A stretch of DNA of 40,721 bases from positions 1 through 40,721 of the IMG/VR virus record IMGVR_UViG_3300045988_023556, one strand, 5' to 3'. The notes below the pieces were generated by a model. It was not told the origin of the DNA. It did no database searches and was given only the letters and a program-made list of their open reading frames with translations. This stretch comes from a virus. Below, in pieces: positions 39,555 through 40,721 of this stretch (position 1 is its first letter; the number at the start of each line of letters is the position of its first letter). The position numbers were made by a program, and so were the translations under genes.

Positions 39555-39584
39555 ATTATATGTCGAACGTGGTATGATTTTGAA
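39555..39584 (-). promoter_or_regulatory. Candidate leftward promoter
   Basis: Minus strand: TTCAAA (39584-39579), 18 nt, TATAAT (39560-39555). Confidence 0.45.
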
Positions 39585-39630
39585 TGAAGATGACAATTGA
39601 ATTCTGATTCAAAAAAATTTTTAAAAGTGG

Positions 39631-39659
39631 TTGACAAATCGTCCAACGGTGCGTATAAT
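39631..39659 (+). promoter_or_regulatory. Perfect consensus promoter of the NYN gene, with an A/T-rich upstream tract
   Basis: TTGACA (39631-39636), 17 nt, TATAAT (39654-39659). AACGGTGCGT is repeated at 39645-39654 and 39660-39669. Confidence 0.8.
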
Positions 39660-39769
39660 AACGGTGCGTCGAGGTTACCTCGTTACGCTGTTTATCAAAC
39701 CTCTGGGCGAGGGCTTCCACCTTTCGGGAGACCCCAAACCCAGGGGTTTTATTTTTGGGAGGGATAGTC
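39660..39769 (+). promoter_or_regulatory. Structured leader of about 100 nt with a 5' hairpin and a terminator-like hairpin/U-tract before the RBS
   Basis: CGAGGTtACCTCG (39670-39682). ACCCC-7 nt-GGGGT plus TTTATTTTT (39731-39756). Alternative CTGGG (39703-39707)/CCCAG (39739-39743) pairing. Confidence 0.5.
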
Positions 39770-40435
39770 TTGAATAAAAAAGAAATACGAAAGACTGCTA
39801 TTCTGGTAGATGGTGGATACTACAGGAAACGTGCCGTTGCGCTCTGGGGAAAGAAAAGTGCACAAGATCGTGCAGATGAATTGTTTCGCTACTGTATGCT
39901 GCACATAACAGAACCAGACGAGCCAAGAGACTTGTACAGAATTTTCTATTACGACTGCCCAGGGATGACAAGGCAGCTTGTGCACCCCTTGACCGGAACG
40001 GTGACAGACTTTTCCGTCGGAACTGGGACGCAGTGGACGAAAGATTTTTTTGACTGCCTGGCATCGAAAAGAAAAGTGGCAATTCGCCGCGGAGAACTTG
40101 CCGAAAATCAGGCGGAGTACATTTTGAAAGCGCATGCTCTGGGTGATCTGCTAAGCGGAAAGAAAACTGTCTCAGATCTAACGGAGCGGGATTTTCGTTT
40201 GGACGTAAAGCAAAAGGGTGTCGATATGCGCATCGGCCTTGACGCAACGTCAATCGCGATGGGGAAGTACGCTAGTCAGATTGTTCTCATTGCCGGAGAC
40301 AGCGACTTCCTGCCGGTCGCAAAGATTGCGCGCAGAAACGGTATTGATTTTATTTTAGACCCCATGAAGCAAATCCCAAAAGCAAATCTGCAAGAGCATG
40401 TGGATGGTTTGGAGACTTTCACGGATAAGATTTAA
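39770..40435 (+). CDS. NYN-domain (LabA-like/PIN-like) putative ribonuclease
   Basis: TTG start with GGGAGGG 6 nt upstream. AILVDGGYY...QKGVDMRIGLD...IVLIAGDSDFLPVAKIARRNG. Confidence 0.8.
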   Translation: MNKKEIRKTAILVDGGYYRKRAVALWGKKSAQDRADELFRYCMLHITEPDEPRDLYRIFYYDCPGMTRQLVHPLTGTVTDFSVGTGTQWTKDFFDCLASKRKVAIRRGELAENQAEYILKAHALGDLLSGKKTVSDLTERDFRLDVKQKGVDMRIGLDATSIAMGKYASQIVLIAGDSDFLPVAKIARRNGIDFILDPMKQIPKANLQEHVDGLETFTDKI

Positions 40436-40440
40436 ACTTT

Positions 40441-40476
40441 GCCCCGCCACCCGTGCCACAAGGTGACGGGGCTTTG
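40441..40476 (+). terminator. Intrinsic terminator after the NYN gene
   Basis: GCCCCGcCACC-10 nt-GGTGaCGGGGC followed by TTTG (short U-tract). Confidence 0.55.
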
Positions 40477-40611
40477 CCGCCGGAATGGTGTGTCCCTTGC
40501 CGGTTGCAATATCACCATAGCATTTTCAGCCAGAGAAAGTAAACCACACATCTGATTCCACCGCAATCAAATGTGCACAATCCAATATCAAATTTAATAG
40601 GAGGGCGAATT

Positions 40612-40721
40612 ATGGATTCAAATACAGGCCAAACATTCATCGAGGAAATGCAGCCGAATTTCGATGCCCTCCCGGAAAGGCTGAAAGACGAGAAATTCAG
40701 GAATCATCTGACGAACCAGCA
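40612..40721 (+). CDS. Membrane-anchored XRE-family HTH protein, N-terminal part (continues at 56-632 across the junction; about 228 aa in total)
   Basis: ATG at 40612 preceded by TAGGAGGG with a 6-nt spacer. The frame is continuous with ORF 66-632 once the 55-nt repeat is collapsed. Confidence 0.8.
   Translation, partial: MDSNTGQTFIEEMQPNFDALPERLKDEKFRNHLTNQ
40667..40721. repeat. Terminal direct repeat, copy 2 (identical to 1-55)
   Basis: Exact 55-nt match read directly. Confidence 0.95.

Larger units (their letters stand above)
1..40721. mobile_element. Complete temperate siphovirus-type phage genome (about 40,666 bp unique), circularly closed in this window
   Basis: Integrase+attP, repressor switch, replication/recombination, packaging, head, non-contractile tail (no sheath gene), fibre and lysis modules are all present. 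The 55-nt ends are identical. Confidence 0.9.

Noticed and set aside
1-40721. CRISPR arrays, rRNA genes, transposase/IS elements
   Set aside because: There is no regularly spaced short repeat array, no rRNA-like sequence and no transposase-like ORF. The only recombinase is the phage integrase.

Overview
The window is one complete, circularly closed genome of a temperate siphovirus-type phage. It has about 40,666 unique bp, and the first 55 nt are identical to the last 55 nt. Strong AGGAGG-type ribosome-binding sites, frequent TTG/GTG starts and the gene families present suggest a Firmicutes/Clostridia host; this host call is inference only. Almost everything from 1.9 to 36.4 kb is on the minus strand. 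Read in the direction of transcription, the order is as follows.

- **Early region (36.4 to 23.7 kb):** Cro-like HTH, Rad52-type annealase, NinB-like protein, HNH nucleases, SSB, RusA, a DnaD-like organiser, a G39P-like loader, a C5-methyltransferase-like protein, Lar, ASCH and DUF551-like paralogues.
- **Late control:** a sigma-region-4-like late activator at 23.6 kb.
- **Head genes:** terS, terL, portal, MuF-like minor head protein, scaffold and major capsid.
- **Tail genes:** four head-tail connector genes, major tail, chaperone, Gp15-like protein, tape measure, Dit/Tal-like proteins and fibres.
- **Lysis and cargo:** an M15 endolysin, two membrane proteins including a holin, then a three-gene cargo cassette beside attP.

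The plus strand carries the lysogeny functions:

- a tyrosine integrase next to an attP built on a tRNA 3' fragment with arm-type repeats;
- a CI-like XRE repressor with back-to-back consensus promoters and a palindromic operator;
- several self-contained accessory genes with near-consensus sigma-A promoters.

The most interesting accessory loci are:

- a checkerboard of opposed small genes between the repressor and the early operon (DUF4145-like protein, membrane-tethered winged-helix protein, convergent overlapping ORFs);
- a NYN-nuclease gene with a perfect promoter and a structured leader;
- a membrane-anchored XRE protein overlapping int;
- a zinc-ribbon/TM2 moron inserted antisense inside the tail operon;
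- a MuF protein with a C-terminal extension followed by small candidate immunity genes;
- the unknown three-gene cassette at the lysis/attP junction.

No rRNA, complete tRNA, CRISPR array or reverse transcriptase was seen. All functional calls rest on motif and family recognition by eye; no database search was run.
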